A DNA stretch of 60,274 nt, filler included, from Nitrospirae bacterium CG2_30_53_67 (GCA_001873285.1; 4 parts of 4 records of this genome joined end to end with filler, not necessarily neighbours in it), one strand, 5' to 3'; positions 20,508 through 29,868 are shown, numbered from the whole stretch's first letter. Numbers and translations: made by a program. The notes: generated from the letters alone by a model not told the origin.

Positions 20508-20801
20508 GGATCATCTCCAAAAGAATGGGTGAAAACATAGGGTTCAAGGGGTCAAGGATTCCAGGGGCCAAGTGAAGTGCTGAGAACATAAAGAGTCGAG
20601 GGTTTTAGGGTTACGCTTCGTGTGTCCCGCTTTTCTTTATACTTGATACTCGCCGTCTGCGACGGCTGCTACACTAAGGCATCTTGGGTTCAAGGGTTTT
20701 AGTGGTTTTCTATGGAGATTTATTTGCGTTTAAGTATTTCACTTGAATCCTTGACCCCTTGAACCCTCGACCCCTTTTATCCACTAAATGGCCGATGGCT
20801 C
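20508..20801. mobile_element. MITE family B (long imperfect TIRs built of 8-nt GGGTCAAG-like units)
   Basis: Left GGGTGAAAACATAGGGTTCAAGGGGTCAAGGATTC..., right ...GAATCCTTGACCCCTTGAACCCTCGACCCC; homologous copies at 32550-32841 and 45573-45640. Confidence 0.8.
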
Positions 20802-20818
20802 GTAGAGGAGGAGAACCT

Positions 20819-23443
20819 TTATTTTAAGTTGACAGGTGCGCTGGCTGTTGAAATCTTTGTAGAACCCGGCCTGTTCATCGCTCCGGAAGGCAATTTCGGT
20901 AATCCGCTTATCAGAGATAATATAAACGATGAAAAATAGGGCGTTGATTGTATGAGCAGTGCAATGATCCATAGGAGAAGGTCCCTGGATTCAGAACCCT
21001 GCATGTAGGCGATGGTTCCGGCTGAAGTCCAAAGTAAAAACATCAGCACAAATTCTTCCCATGCAGAGGCGACCGCTTTGATCAACGCCTGGGCGTTTTC
21101 CATTTTCGGTGTGCGGAAGAACGGCTTGCCGCTGCTGAAAAATCCGATGATAACCGCTTTGGCGATGGTATGCGACAGCGCAAGACCCGCGAGCGCTGCA
21201 GCAAAGGTCTGCTTCACCGTGGCGCCGACCCTGACACGGTAGAGATAGATCATCTTGGCGACCTTGAAGCAGAACAGGGACATCGGGAGCGCTGCAAAAA
21301 TCACCAAGGGGGGGTCCACAAGTTTCGGTGCGATGATCATGGCTGCCGACCAGGCCAGGGCGCCAAAAGTAAAGAAGATATTCACGCCATCGGCGATCCA
21401 TGGAAGCCATCCGGCAATAAAATGATAACGCTGGCCATAACTCAGGCTGCTTTTTCTGAATCCAAGCAGGATGCCGGCATGGCGGCGCAAAATTTGAATG
21501 GCGCCGTAGGCCCAGCGGAAACGCTGTTTCTTGTAGTCAATAAATGTATCGGGCATCAACCCTTTGCCGTAGCTTTGCTGGTTGTAAGTGGCTTCATACC
21601 CCTTTTCAAAGATCCGGAGTCCTAACTCCGCGTCTTCCGTGATACACCACTCGGCCCAGCCCCCGACTTCTTCCATGACATGTTTTCGGACCATGGTCAT
21701 GGTGCCGTGCTGGATGATGGCATTCCGCTCATTGCGCGTAACCATGCCGATATGAAAGAAGCCTTTGTATTCCGAATAGCACATGGATTTGAACACGCTG
21801 GCTCGATCATCCCGGTAGTCCTGAGGCGCCTGCACAATGGCTATCCTGGGATGTGAGAATTGCGGAACAAAATCTCTGAGCCAGGACGGGGCCACCATGT
21901 AATCGCTGTCAATGACGGCAACAACGGATGCGTCTTTATCTGTATGAGCCAGCGCATAGTTTAAGGCGCCGGCCTTGAATCCGGGAAGAGGATCCTCATG
22001 AAAGAAACGGAATCGAGTGCCCAGTTTTCTGCAATGCGCCTCGACGGGCTGCCAAACCTTGGGGTCTTTTGTGTTATTGTCGATGATCAGAACCTCGTAG
22101 TCCGGGTAATCCAGCGCTGCCAGCGCGTTCAGTGTGTCGATGACCATGTCCGGAGGTTCATTGTAGGTGGGAATATGTATTGAAACCTTGGGCAGATCTT
22201 CCATGGAAGGTTGCACCGGTGTAAAGGGCCGTCGGCGCCCGATGACCCAGATCGCCTCAGCCCACTCATGGGCCTCGGTTAGTAAAACCAGGATGACCCC
22301 GATCATCCCGATGACGAGCAGGATTCCTACGGTGATGGTCACAACCGTCATGTACTGATTCATATAGTCATAGACGATCCAGACAGCGGCTGTGGCGGCG
22401 GCATAGGCTACGACCGCAAGAAAACTGCGGCCCCGTCTGCTCATGTTTCTGCTGTCCATCAGCAGGATGACAAACGTAATGGCGGCAACCAGAACGGAGA
22501 TGCCTGCAAGAAGATGCCACTCCGGAATCTTGACGATCGGGGCCGCAAAGGCAAATTTAGGCTGCCGTTCTTCATTGTAGACACCCCAGTAGGCTCCCAC
22601 CGCGCCTTCGGAGGTCCGCTTCCAGGGTTGGTCGAACGCTTCCATAATATAATAGGTATATTTCTCTTTTTGAGCCCTGGCCAGGAATTGGCGCAGGAAG
22701 ATAGCCTCGTTGGCATCCGTCGCGACAGCGGCCTTTCGTGTACGGCCATTGCTGGGCCAGCCCACTTCGGCGAGGACGATGGGCTTGCCTGGAAAAGCGG
22801 CCTTCAGCTCGTTGGTGCGTTCGACCACGTAGTCAACAGCTACATCCAGATAAACGCCTTCCCAGTAAGGGAGCATGTGTGCCGCAATATAATCCACATG
22901 TTCGGCGAGTTCGGGGTACTTGATCCAGACATGCCAAGGCTCTGCGGTACTGACAGGAATCGTCAGCGCTGCCCGGACCCGGTCAAGATAGTTGATCATT
23001 AATTCCACGGGTACGTCTCCCCGGAGAACAGCCTCATTTCCTACTGTGACTCTCACCACGTTAACGTTCTGGTTGGCAATTTCAATTAATTTTTCAATCT
23101 CGATCTCGTTTTTTTCGAGATCCTGGCTGATCCATGCGCCCAGGGAGACGTTGATCTCGTACTTATGGGCCAAGGCAGGCACCTCGGCAAGAACGCCGTC
23201 CACTGTGTAGGTCCGTACGGCATGTGTTTTGCCCGCCAGGAGAGCCAAATCCTCTGAAATTTCCTGGGCCGTCGGCATGATTCCAAGGAATGGATCTTGA
23301 TTTGCCCTCATGGGTGAGAAAGAAAAACCCTGAATTTTTTCAGGCCAGACAGGTTCTTTTTCGGGTTGATTAAGAAACGCCCAAAGGCTGATGGTCAATG
23401 CTGCAACAGCCGTCATGATAATAATATTCATCACTTTGAACAT
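20819..23443 (-). CDS. GH17-GT2 fusion, NdvB-like beta-(1,3)-glucan glucosyltransferase
   Basis: GH17 motifs VGNEAV, HMLPYWEG, EVGWPS, EAFDQPWK; GT2 motifs PTYNEP, KAGALN, DSD, TED, QRFRW; multiple TM segments. Confidence 0.9.
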   Translation of the reverse strand: MFKVMNIIIMTAVAALTISLWAFLNQPEKEPVWPEKIQGFSFSPMRANQDPFLGIMPTAQEISEDLALLAGKTHAVRTYTVDGVLAEVPALAHKYEINVSLGAWISQDLEKNEIEIEKLIEIANQNVNVVRVTVGNEAVLRGDVPVELMINYLDRVRAALTIPVSTAEPWHVWIKYPELAEHVDYIAAHMLPYWEGVYLDVAVDYVVERTNELKAAFPGKPIVLAEVGWPSNGRTRKAAVATDANEAIFLRQFLARAQKEKYTYYIMEAFDQPWKRTSEGAVGAYWGVYNEERQPKFAFAAPIVKIPEWHLLAGISVLVAAITFVILLMDSRNMSRRGRSFLAVVAYAAATAAVWIVYDYMNQYMTVVTITVGILLVIGMIGVILVLLTEAHEWAEAIWVIGRRRPFTPVQPSMEDLPKVSIHIPTYNEPPDMVIDTLNALAALDYPDYEVLIIDNNTKDPKVWQPVEAHCRKLGTRFRFFHEDPLPGFKAGALNYALAHTDKDASVVAVIDSDYMVAPSWLRDFVPQFSHPRIAIVQAPQDYRDDRASVFKSMCYSEYKGFFHIGMVTRNERNAIIQHGTMTMVRKHVMEEVGGWAEWCITEDAELGLRIFEKGYEATYNQQSYGKGLMPDTFIDYKKQRFRWAYGAIQILRRHAGILLGFRKSSLSYGQRYHFIAGWLPWIADGVNIFFTFGALAWSAAMIIAPKLVDPPLVIFAALPMSLFCFKVAKMIYLYRVRVGATVKQTFAAALAGLALSHTIAKAVIIGFFSSGKPFFRTPKMENAQALIKAVASAWEEFVLMFLLWTSAGTIAYMQGSESRDLLLWIIALLIQSTPYFSSFILSLISGLPKLPSGAMNRPGSTKISTASAPVNLK

Positions 23444-23633
23444 AATGATTTTACCGTTTTTTTGTTATAGTAGTCTCCGACCGTAATTTTTAATATTATC
23501 TTATTTGAATCTTCAAGTCAATGTCCATTGACCTTTCATAATCTTTTACATGGTAAAAACCAGCCGTCTCTCATCCAGGCTGAGGGAACTGTTTTTGGAA
23601 TTCCCATGCCGGGATTTGTGATGATTCCGGGTA

Positions 23634-23662
23634 TTGACAATCCTGGACAAAGCATGTAGAGT
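23634..23662 (+). promoter_or_regulatory. Candidate sigma70 promoter of purH
   Basis: TTGACA-17-TAGAGT. Confidence 0.5.
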
Positions 23663-23794
23663 GTGGAACAAATTCCGGAAAATTTTGGGGTCCTATCCGG
23701 GTTTCAGGGGGCATGATCAGAGATCTATAGGTGGAATTCCTCCCTTTAAAAAAACCAGGGCCTATTACAGAGCAAGGAGGCATAGGGTTCATCC

Positions 23795-25336
23795 ATGAAA
23801 AGAGCTTTGATCAGTGTTTCAAACAAGACAGGAGTCACGGAGTTTGCCAAAAAACTGAAGATTATGGAGTATGAGATCATCTCCACGGGTGGGACAGCCA
23901 AGCTCCTGAACGAGAAGGAGATTGCGGTCAGGTCGGTATCGGATTTTACCGGATTTCCGGAAATGCTGGATGGGAGAGTCAAGACCCTTCACCCCAAGAT
24001 TCACGGTGGACTGCTGGGAAAGAGGAATGTCCCTTATCATGTGGACCAGATGAAAGAGCAAGGGATCGAGCCCATAGACCTGGTGGCCGTGAATCTCTAT
24101 CCGTTCGAGGAGACCATCTCCAAACCCGGGTGCACTCTGGAGGATGCCATCGAAAACATCGATATCGGCGGTCCTGCCATGATCCGGTCTGCGGCAAAAA
24201 ACTATCCGGATGTCATTGTGATCGTTGATCCACGCGACTACGATTGGGTGATTCGAGAAATGGAGGAAAACAACGGCGTTCTCTCCATGAAGACCCGGTA
24301 CGCCCTGGCATGCAAGGTCTTTGGCCACACGGCCCGTTATGACAGCATGATCTCATCGTATCTGAGCCATGAGGGAAGCACACCGCATTTTCCCGAGATG
24401 CTGAACCTTCAGTTTGAAAAGGTGACGGAGCTCAGGTACGGAGAAAACCCTCACCAGAGAGGGGCCTTTTACAGGGAGATCCATATCCAGGAGCCCTGTG
24501 TCTCCAATGCAGTCATTCACCAGGGGAAGGCCATGTCTTTCAATAACTATCTGGATGCCGACTCGGCCCTGGATCTGGTCAAGGAATTTGAAGAGCCGGT
24601 TGCGGTCATCATGAAACACAACAACCCCTGTGGTGTGGCATCCTCCGGCGAGCTCCGGGAGGCTTATATTCTGGCACGGGAGGCGGATCCGGTCTCGGCC
24701 TTTGGCGGGGTCGTGGCTTTCAACCGCCCAGTGGATGAAGAGACTGCGAAAGAGATCGTCTCCACCTTTGTGGAGGTGGTGATCGCTCCCGGGTACAATC
24801 CGGGTGTTTTGGAGATCTTCGGAACCAAGGAGAATATCCGGATACTGGAGGTGGAGATCTGGGGCATGGAACGGATTCACGATATGGACCTGAAGAAGAT
24901 CGTCGGCGGGCTGATCTATCAGGACAGGGACCTTGGAAGCGTGGATATCCGGGATATGGAGATCGTTTCAAAACGCAGGCCCACGGAGGAAGAGATCAAG
25001 GCCATGTCTTTTGCCTGGAAGGTTGCCAAACATGTCAAATCGAATGCGATCATCCTTGCTCGGACGAACAGGACCGTGGGGATCGGCGCCGGCCAGATGA
25101 GCCGTGTGGATTCCACTCGTCTTGCCATTGCCAAGGCGCAGAGCCCCACCCAGGGGTGCGCCCTGGCCTCGGATGCCTTCTTCCCTTTCCGGGACGGGAT
25201 AGACGAAGCGGCCAAATCCGGCGCCACAGCCATTGTCCAGCCTGGGGGGTCTATTAAGGATAACGAGGTCATCGCTGCGGCCAATGAATACGACATGGCT
25301 ATGGTGTTCACGCGCATGCGGCATTTCAGGCATTAA
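23795..25336 (+). CDS. purH: Bifunctional AICAR transformylase / IMP cyclohydrolase
   Basis: RALISVS, STGGT, GRVKTLHP, IDIGGP, RYGENPHQ, KHNNPCG, ASDAFFPF, RHFRH. Confidence 0.98.
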   Translation: MKRALISVSNKTGVTEFAKKLKIMEYEIISTGGTAKLLNEKEIAVRSVSDFTGFPEMLDGRVKTLHPKIHGGLLGKRNVPYHVDQMKEQGIEPIDLVAVNLYPFEETISKPGCTLEDAIENIDIGGPAMIRSAAKNYPDVIVIVDPRDYDWVIREMEENNGVLSMKTRYALACKVFGHTARYDSMISSYLSHEGSTPHFPEMLNLQFEKVTELRYGENPHQRGAFYREIHIQEPCVSNAVIHQGKAMSFNNYLDADSALDLVKEFEEPVAVIMKHNNPCGVASSGELREAYILAREADPVSAFGGVVAFNRPVDEETAKEIVSTFVEVVIAPGYNPGVLEIFGTKENIRILEVEIWGMERIHDMDLKKIVGGLIYQDRDLGSVDIRDMEIVSKRRPTEEEIKAMSFAWKVAKHVKSNAIILARTNRTVGIGAGQMSRVDSTRLAIAKAQSPTQGCALASDAFFPFRDGIDEAAKSGATAIVQPGGSIKDNEVIAAANEYDMAMVFTRMRHFRH

Positions 25337-25380
25337 AATAGCGGCCTGTTGCCCGATCTGGCAACAGGCCGCTATTTTAA
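25333..25380. terminator. Perfect 21-bp stem hairpin between purH and tRNA-Arg
   Basis: TTAAAATAGCGGCCTGTTGCC-CGATCT-GGCAACAGGCCGCTATTTTAA. Confidence 0.6.
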
Positions 25381-25383
25381 GGT

Positions 25384-25460
25384 GCCCCCGTAGCTCAGAT
25401 GGATAGAGCACAGGACTCCGGTTCCTGGTGTCGGAGGTTCGAATCCTCTCGGGGGCGCCA
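25384..25460 (+). tRNA. tRNA-Arg(CCG)
   Basis: Cloverleaf: GCCCCCG/CGGGGGC acceptor, CAGGA-CTCCGGT-TCCTG anticodon arm, GTTCGAATC T-loop, encoded CCA. Confidence 0.95.
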
Positions 25461-25508
25461 TTTTTCTCTTAATCTTTAAGAGGATGTAGGGTCGCCCATT
25501 TAAGAAGG

Positions 25509-26036
25509 ATGAATATCATGGCAGACGAGCACAAAGGGATGACCAAGGCGTTAAGCACGGCATTGAAAATGGAAAAGGACGGCATGACCTTCTACAAGGA
25601 GGCGGGCAAAAAAACCAAGAATCCGCTTGGTAAAAAGATGTTTCTTTCTTTCGTGGAGGATGAAAAACGGCACTATGACATGATCTCCGCCCTGGCCAAG
25701 GGGATGAACATCGATAAGGAACTCAAGCAGGCCGGCTCGGCCGAACGGATCAGGACGATATTCGAGGAGGCCGGTAAGGAAATGGATACCCGCCTGGGTT
25801 CAGACCTCGGTGATACCGAGGCCTTGAGGTTTGCCGTCAGCATGGAGGACAAGGGATACCACTTTTATCAGGATTCTGCCGTGCAAGCCAAAGACGCAGG
25901 TGAAAAGGCCCTTTTCGAAAAGCTGGCCCGTGAAGAGAGCCGGCATCATGAGATTCTGGAAAATGCATTAAACTACCTTGAAAAGAGCGGCGAGTGGTTC
26001 CTGTGGGAAGAGGGGGGGCCTATTGAGGGAGGTTGA
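25509..26036 (+). CDS. Ferritin-like / rubrerythrin family protein
   Basis: Two repeats ME..G..FY...EDEKRH and ME..G..FY...EESRH; start may be 25518. Confidence 0.88.
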   Translation: MNIMADEHKGMTKALSTALKMEKDGMTFYKEAGKKTKNPLGKKMFLSFVEDEKRHYDMISALAKGMNIDKELKQAGSAERIRTIFEEAGKEMDTRLGSDLGDTEALRFAVSMEDKGYHFYQDSAVQAKDAGEKALFEKLAREESRHHEILENALNYLEKSGEWFLWEEGGPIEGG

Positions 26037-26043
26037 TGCGGCC

Positions 26044-26225
26044 CTAAGTGGTCCTATTCGTAAATACGGCGGCGAGGGTCGTAGGGCGGTCGAGTCAAAG
26101 TTCCGCTCCTTGCCGAAGGCTCGTAGAGCGGTGTACCAGAGGGGTGCGCCTCAGTCGCGCGCGGAGGTGAGCCCGCCCTACGACCCTCTCGGTGCGTCAC
26201 CCTATTTACGAACAGGACCACTTAG
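26044..26225. mobile_element. MITE family C, complete copy
   Basis: 23-bp TIRs CTAAGTGGTCCTATTCGTAAATA / TATTTACGAACAGGACCACTTAG; partial copy at 45741-45872. Confidence 0.85.
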
Positions 26226-26896
26226 AAATGGACCCCGATCAATGGAACCGCTCTGTCCTTAGGCCTATCCTTTCCGTTTTGAAGCGTATAAATCAGATGC
26301 AGGGAGATCCTCCGAAGGCCGAGCTGCAGGTTTTTGTCCTGGGTGGTTGCAACGCCGGACCAGACGATCCGTTTGCCGCAAACATCCACCAGCTTGCAGT
26401 TCAGCCCCACAAGGACCGACGTGTCCACTGTATTGATCACCTGGAGTGGAAGAAAGTTCACCGATCGTGTATCTTCCTCAAGCTCGGTAATGGACGTGAT
26501 CATCACGTAATCCGCACCGAGCGCGTCTCCCACCTGAACGGCCTGACTCACGGAGTAATTTGTGAAATCAATCTTGTGTTCAAGCAGGACTTCCTTGATA
26601 AAGATCTTATCGATGATCCGAAATCCCGCGTTCCACAGTTTGACGGAAAGCATTTCAGCCGCCGCTTCATTAGCCGTAGAAGAGATCCCGCTGAGGCTCT
26701 CTTCCTGATGGATCAGCGGGATAACGGCTAAGATGCTTTTCGGATTGATCTGAAAATCCGGCTCCCGGAAGGTGTTGATGGTCACCGCCTTTCGGATCCT
26801 TGCTGTGCGAAGAGATGCGCACCCTGCAGTAAGACTCAAGAGCAGGACGATCCATGCCGCAGCCAATATCCATTTTATGATCAAGCGAATGTTCAT
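26222..26896 (-). CDS. Lipoprotein, CsgG/DUF799-like
   Basis: Lipobox TAGC; GFRIIDK, GDALGADYV, KLVDV..KRIVWSG; paralog of upstream gene. Confidence 0.7.
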   Translation of the reverse strand: MNIRLIIKWILAAAWIVLLLSLTAGCASLRTARIRKAVTINTFREPDFQINPKSILAVIPLIHQEESLSGISSTANEAAAEMLSVKLWNAGFRIIDKIFIKEVLLEHKIDFTNYSVSQAVQVGDALGADYVMITSITELEEDTRSVNFLPLQVINTVDTSVLVGLNCKLVDVCGKRIVWSGVATTQDKNLQLGLRRISLHLIYTLQNGKDRPKDRAVPLIGVHF

Positions 26897-27513
26897 CTGC
26901 TGGCCTGAGTTTCCAGAGAGGCGATCAGTTCCTTTGAAATACGCTGAAGGGCCTTCTGGAAGTTTTGATCCTGTGTTGTCGCAATCCCGATCCAGATGAC
27001 TTCCCCGTTTTTCAAATCGATCATCCTGGAGCTGACTCCGATGTTTGCAGAGGTATCAATGCTGGTCAACACTTCTCCGGGAAGAAAGGTAATGGCATTG
27101 GAGGCCTGGAGGTTTTCAAAGAGATTGGTCAGAATCAGAAAGTCGGCATGCAGGGTCCGTCCCATCTCCAGCATATCTATCAAGCGTGTGACGGAAAGAT
27201 CGGTTTTTTTCTCTTTCAGATAATCATTGATGACGGCCCTGTCGACCACCTTGAAACCTCTGTTGAGGAGTTCCAGAGAGAGGATGTCCGCTGTGACCTC
27301 ATTGGCCGTCAGCGTAGTTTTGGAAAGGGTCTTTTCCTCCTTGGCCAAGGTGAGCACCATGACCGTGTTACGTCTGTTGACAGGGGTTTGTTCTTCGAAG
27401 TGGGTATCAATGGTCACCTCTTGCTGGACTCTCGCCTGCTGAAGCGGAGCGCAGGCGGGAATGAGTAAACCCATGGAGACAAGTACGATGAAAAATCTCT
27501 TGAAAAGATGCAT
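26893..27513 (-). CDS. Lipoprotein, CsgG/DUF799-like
   Basis: Lipobox IPAC; GFKVVDR, GRTLHADFL, RMIDLKNGEVIW. Confidence 0.7.
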   Translation of the reverse strand: MHLFKRFFIVLVSMGLLIPACAPLQQARVQQEVTIDTHFEEQTPVNRRNTVMVLTLAKEEKTLSKTTLTANEVTADILSLELLNRGFKVVDRAVINDYLKEKKTDLSVTRLIDMLEMGRTLHADFLILTNLFENLQASNAITFLPGEVLTSIDTSANIGVSSRMIDLKNGEVIWIGIATTQDQNFQKALQRISKELIASLETQASR

Positions 27514-27546
27514 AAGAAATGTTTGTTTCTTCGATCGTTAACGCTC

Positions 27547-28137
27547 TCATTCCCGCTGCTTGGATAAGATATAGGAGACCAGATGGTTGATTCGATCCGC
27601 GATCGCCGTCGGGTCCGGAGTTTCTCCTTTGTTGAAATAGACGGCAGGCGTGCATTGGGAGAGCTGTTTTTTCAGAAATTCATCGCATTTTCTGGCGGAA
27701 AAAAATATGATCGGCACTTTTTTTGATGACGGGCCCATTTTTTTCTTTTCAATGGCCCGCAGGGTCATGGCAGCCTTCAGCCCGTCCAAAACCGGCATCT
27801 GGAGGTCAAGAATGACCAGGTTCACCCCTTTTTCTGAAGAGATCCGCTTGTTGAATTCCGTAAGAAATACCATGCCGTTCTCAAAGGAGAGGACTTCCCT
27901 GGCCAGCCCTTTTTCCTTGAGGATCTGCGTCATGAGGTTTCTGATCGTGCTTGAATCGTCGGCTGTCAGGATGCAGTCGGCCATGGCCCCGCCCTCCTTT
28001 TCCTTAAGTCCGAGGACAAAACCGCAGTAGAGGCAGGTAATCTCCGTGTTGCCGTCACGATAGACCATATTGGTCGGAACATTCTCTCCGCAGCAAAGGC
28101 AGTATTGCGCGTCACCCATTGTTTTTTCCACGACCAA
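27547..28137 (-). CDS. Response regulator receiver with N-terminal Zn-ribbon
   Basis: CLCC...CLYC then receiver motifs ADDS, LDLQMPVLDG, FSA, NK; start may be 28119. Confidence 0.85.
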   Translation of the reverse strand: MVVEKTMGDAQYCLCCGENVPTNMVYRDGNTEITCLYCGFVLGLKEKEGGAMADCILTADDSSTIRNLMTQILKEKGLAREVLSFENGMVFLTEFNKRISSEKGVNLVILDLQMPVLDGLKAAMTLRAIEKKKMGPSSKKVPIIFFSARKCDEFLKKQLSQCTPAVYFNKGETPDPTAIADRINHLVSYILSKQRE

Positions 28138-28145
28138 TAAGAGAT

Positions 28146-28406
28146 TTACTTGGTATGCAGCAGGCGGTCCAACTCTCCGCTGAGGTCAAGCTCTCGGAGG
28201 TCATCACATCCGCCTACAGGGGTTCCTTGGATCAGGATCTGAGGGACGGTCTTCTTCCCGGTCAGTCGGATCATTTCCTGTTCACGATCCTGGTCTTCTG
28301 TGATGTCGATCTCTTTGAACGGGACCCGTTTGTTGTTTAAGAGCTGTTTTGCCCGCATGCAATAGGGACATGTTTTGGTTGTGTAAACAACCACCTTATT
28401 TTTCAT
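28146..28406 (-). CDS. grxC: Glutaredoxin 3-like
   Basis: CPYC active site, TVPQI, GGCDDL. Confidence 0.93.
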   Translation of the reverse strand: MKNKVVVYTTKTCPYCMRAKQLLNNKRVPFKEIDITEDQDREQEMIRLTGKKTVPQILIQGTPVGGCDDLRELDLSGELDRLLHTK

Positions 28407-28444
28407 ATAAAACAATTATATAATTATTTGGTTATAAGTGTCAA

Positions 28445-29197
28445 TTATATATCCAAGGCCATCATATCCTTCGCAACCCAAACCTCTCCCTGATAAAACC
28501 GGCGGCACTGAGCCGCCAAATCCACCCCCTCGCATTCGGGGTAAAGATGGGTCAGCACGATCCTTTTCACTCCGGCCTCTCGGGCGGTCTTTCCCGCTTC
28601 AGCGGGGGTCAGGTGCCCCGGACATTTCTGTCCATCCGGAAAGGAAGACTCGACGATGGCCAGATCCGCATCTCTCACGAGTTCGACCAGACCGGGGCAG
28701 ACATCGGAATCTCCTGAGTAGGCGAGAACCCCGCCTGAACGACTGGTCAGCCGGAACCCCACGCTGTGCTCTGTATGCCGGACCCGGACGGCGGAAATCC
28801 GGAGGTCCCCCAGGACGGCCTCGTCCTTTCCCATTTCATGGATGTTGAGGGAAAATCCTTGAGGGGAGATCCAGTTCCCATAGATCTTTTGAAGTTGTTT
28901 GATTTGTTTGATCAGGCCTCTGCACCCCAAGATCTGAAGCGTTTTCTCCCTCCTGATGCTGAGGTTTTTCAACGCGAATAAAAGAGAGACCAGTTCCGCC
29001 GTGTGGTCCGGGTGGAGGTGGCTGATCAGAATGGGACCGATCTCCTTCAGCGGAACACGGATACGGTCCAGCTTGGCCAGGGTCCCCATCCCCAGATCCA
29101 TAACGAGGTTGGTATCTCCGTCCTGGACGAGGTATCCGGGGCCGCCTCGGGCTGCGGAGGGGAGACCGGTCCCGGAACCGAGAATGGTCAGCTTCAT
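28445..29197 (-). CDS. MBL-fold hydrolase, RNase Z/BN-like
   Basis: LGSGTG, SHLHPDH, YSGDS, GHLT, LTHLYP. Confidence 0.88.
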   Translation of the reverse strand: MKLTILGSGTGLPSAARGGPGYLVQDGDTNLVMDLGMGTLAKLDRIRVPLKEIGPILISHLHPDHTAELVSLLFALKNLSIRREKTLQILGCRGLIKQIKQLQKIYGNWISPQGFSLNIHEMGKDEAVLGDLRISAVRVRHTEHSVGFRLTSRSGGVLAYSGDSDVCPGLVELVRDADLAIVESSFPDGQKCPGHLTPAEAGKTAREAGVKRIVLTHLYPECEGVDLAAQCRRFYQGEVWVAKDMMALDI

Positions 29198-29868
29198 GGA
29201 GAGCCGTCCTTTTTTTTCGATGAAAGGCTTAAGGCCACGGCAACCAGGATGTCATCCACCACATCTCTCTGCTCCTGGGTATAGTAGACCTCCATGGATT
29301 CAGACCGGATATACTCCCGTGTAGCGGGGTCCTCCCTGAGAGCATCGACGAGCATATCCATAAGAGGCCGGACAAACCCTTCTCCTCCCTTCCGGCGCAG
29401 CCTGGCAGCCTCGAAGGTGATCCCGCGAAAGGTGGCATTCCTCACCTCCGGATTTTTGTGGCGGATAAATTCGCGGATCATGCGGACGGCCTGCTCCCGG
29501 ATCTCCGGATTACCGAGTGGATTGATCTGGGCCAGGATATATTTTGTCAGCAGGATCAGGCGGTCCCTGTAGTTGAGGGCATCGATTTCATAGATGGATT
29601 GGATGGTTGACAAACATTTCTTCCGTTTCTCTATGTCTGTGGAGAGAAACCGGCTGAAGAAGACGGAGTCGCGGCGTATGGTGTTGACCAACTCCCTGTA
29701 CAGATTCCACTTCCGTTTGATCGATCCGAGATGCCAGTCATGAATCCTCTGGAGCGTGGTCAGAATATCCTCGGGTGGAAGGAGATAGGCAAGGAGGGTT
29801 TCGCATTCCTTACTGACCCCATGCACCCGGCATAACGCCTGGATCTTGTTGAGGGTTTTTTCGTCCAT
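29194..29868 (-). CDS. Hypothetical helical (possibly HEAT-like) protein
   Basis: 224 aa ORF coupled (ATGA) to MBL gene; NPEIREQA / NPEVRNAT / DPATREY repeats. Confidence 0.65.
   Translation of the reverse strand: MDEKTLNKIQALCRVHGVSKECETLLAYLLPPEDILTTLQRIHDWHLGSIKRKWNLYRELVNTIRRDSVFFSRFLSTDIEKRKKCLSTIQSIYEIDALNYRDRLILLTKYILAQINPLGNPEIREQAVRMIREFIRHKNPEVRNATFRGITFEAARLRRKGGEGFVRPLMDMLVDALREDPATREYIRSESMEVYYTQEQRDVVDDILVAVALSLSSKKKDGSP

Noticed and set aside
23663..23794. ZMP/ZTP (pfl) riboswitch in the purH leader
   Set aside because: Conserved GACUGGCG and CGCCUGGG blocks are not present.
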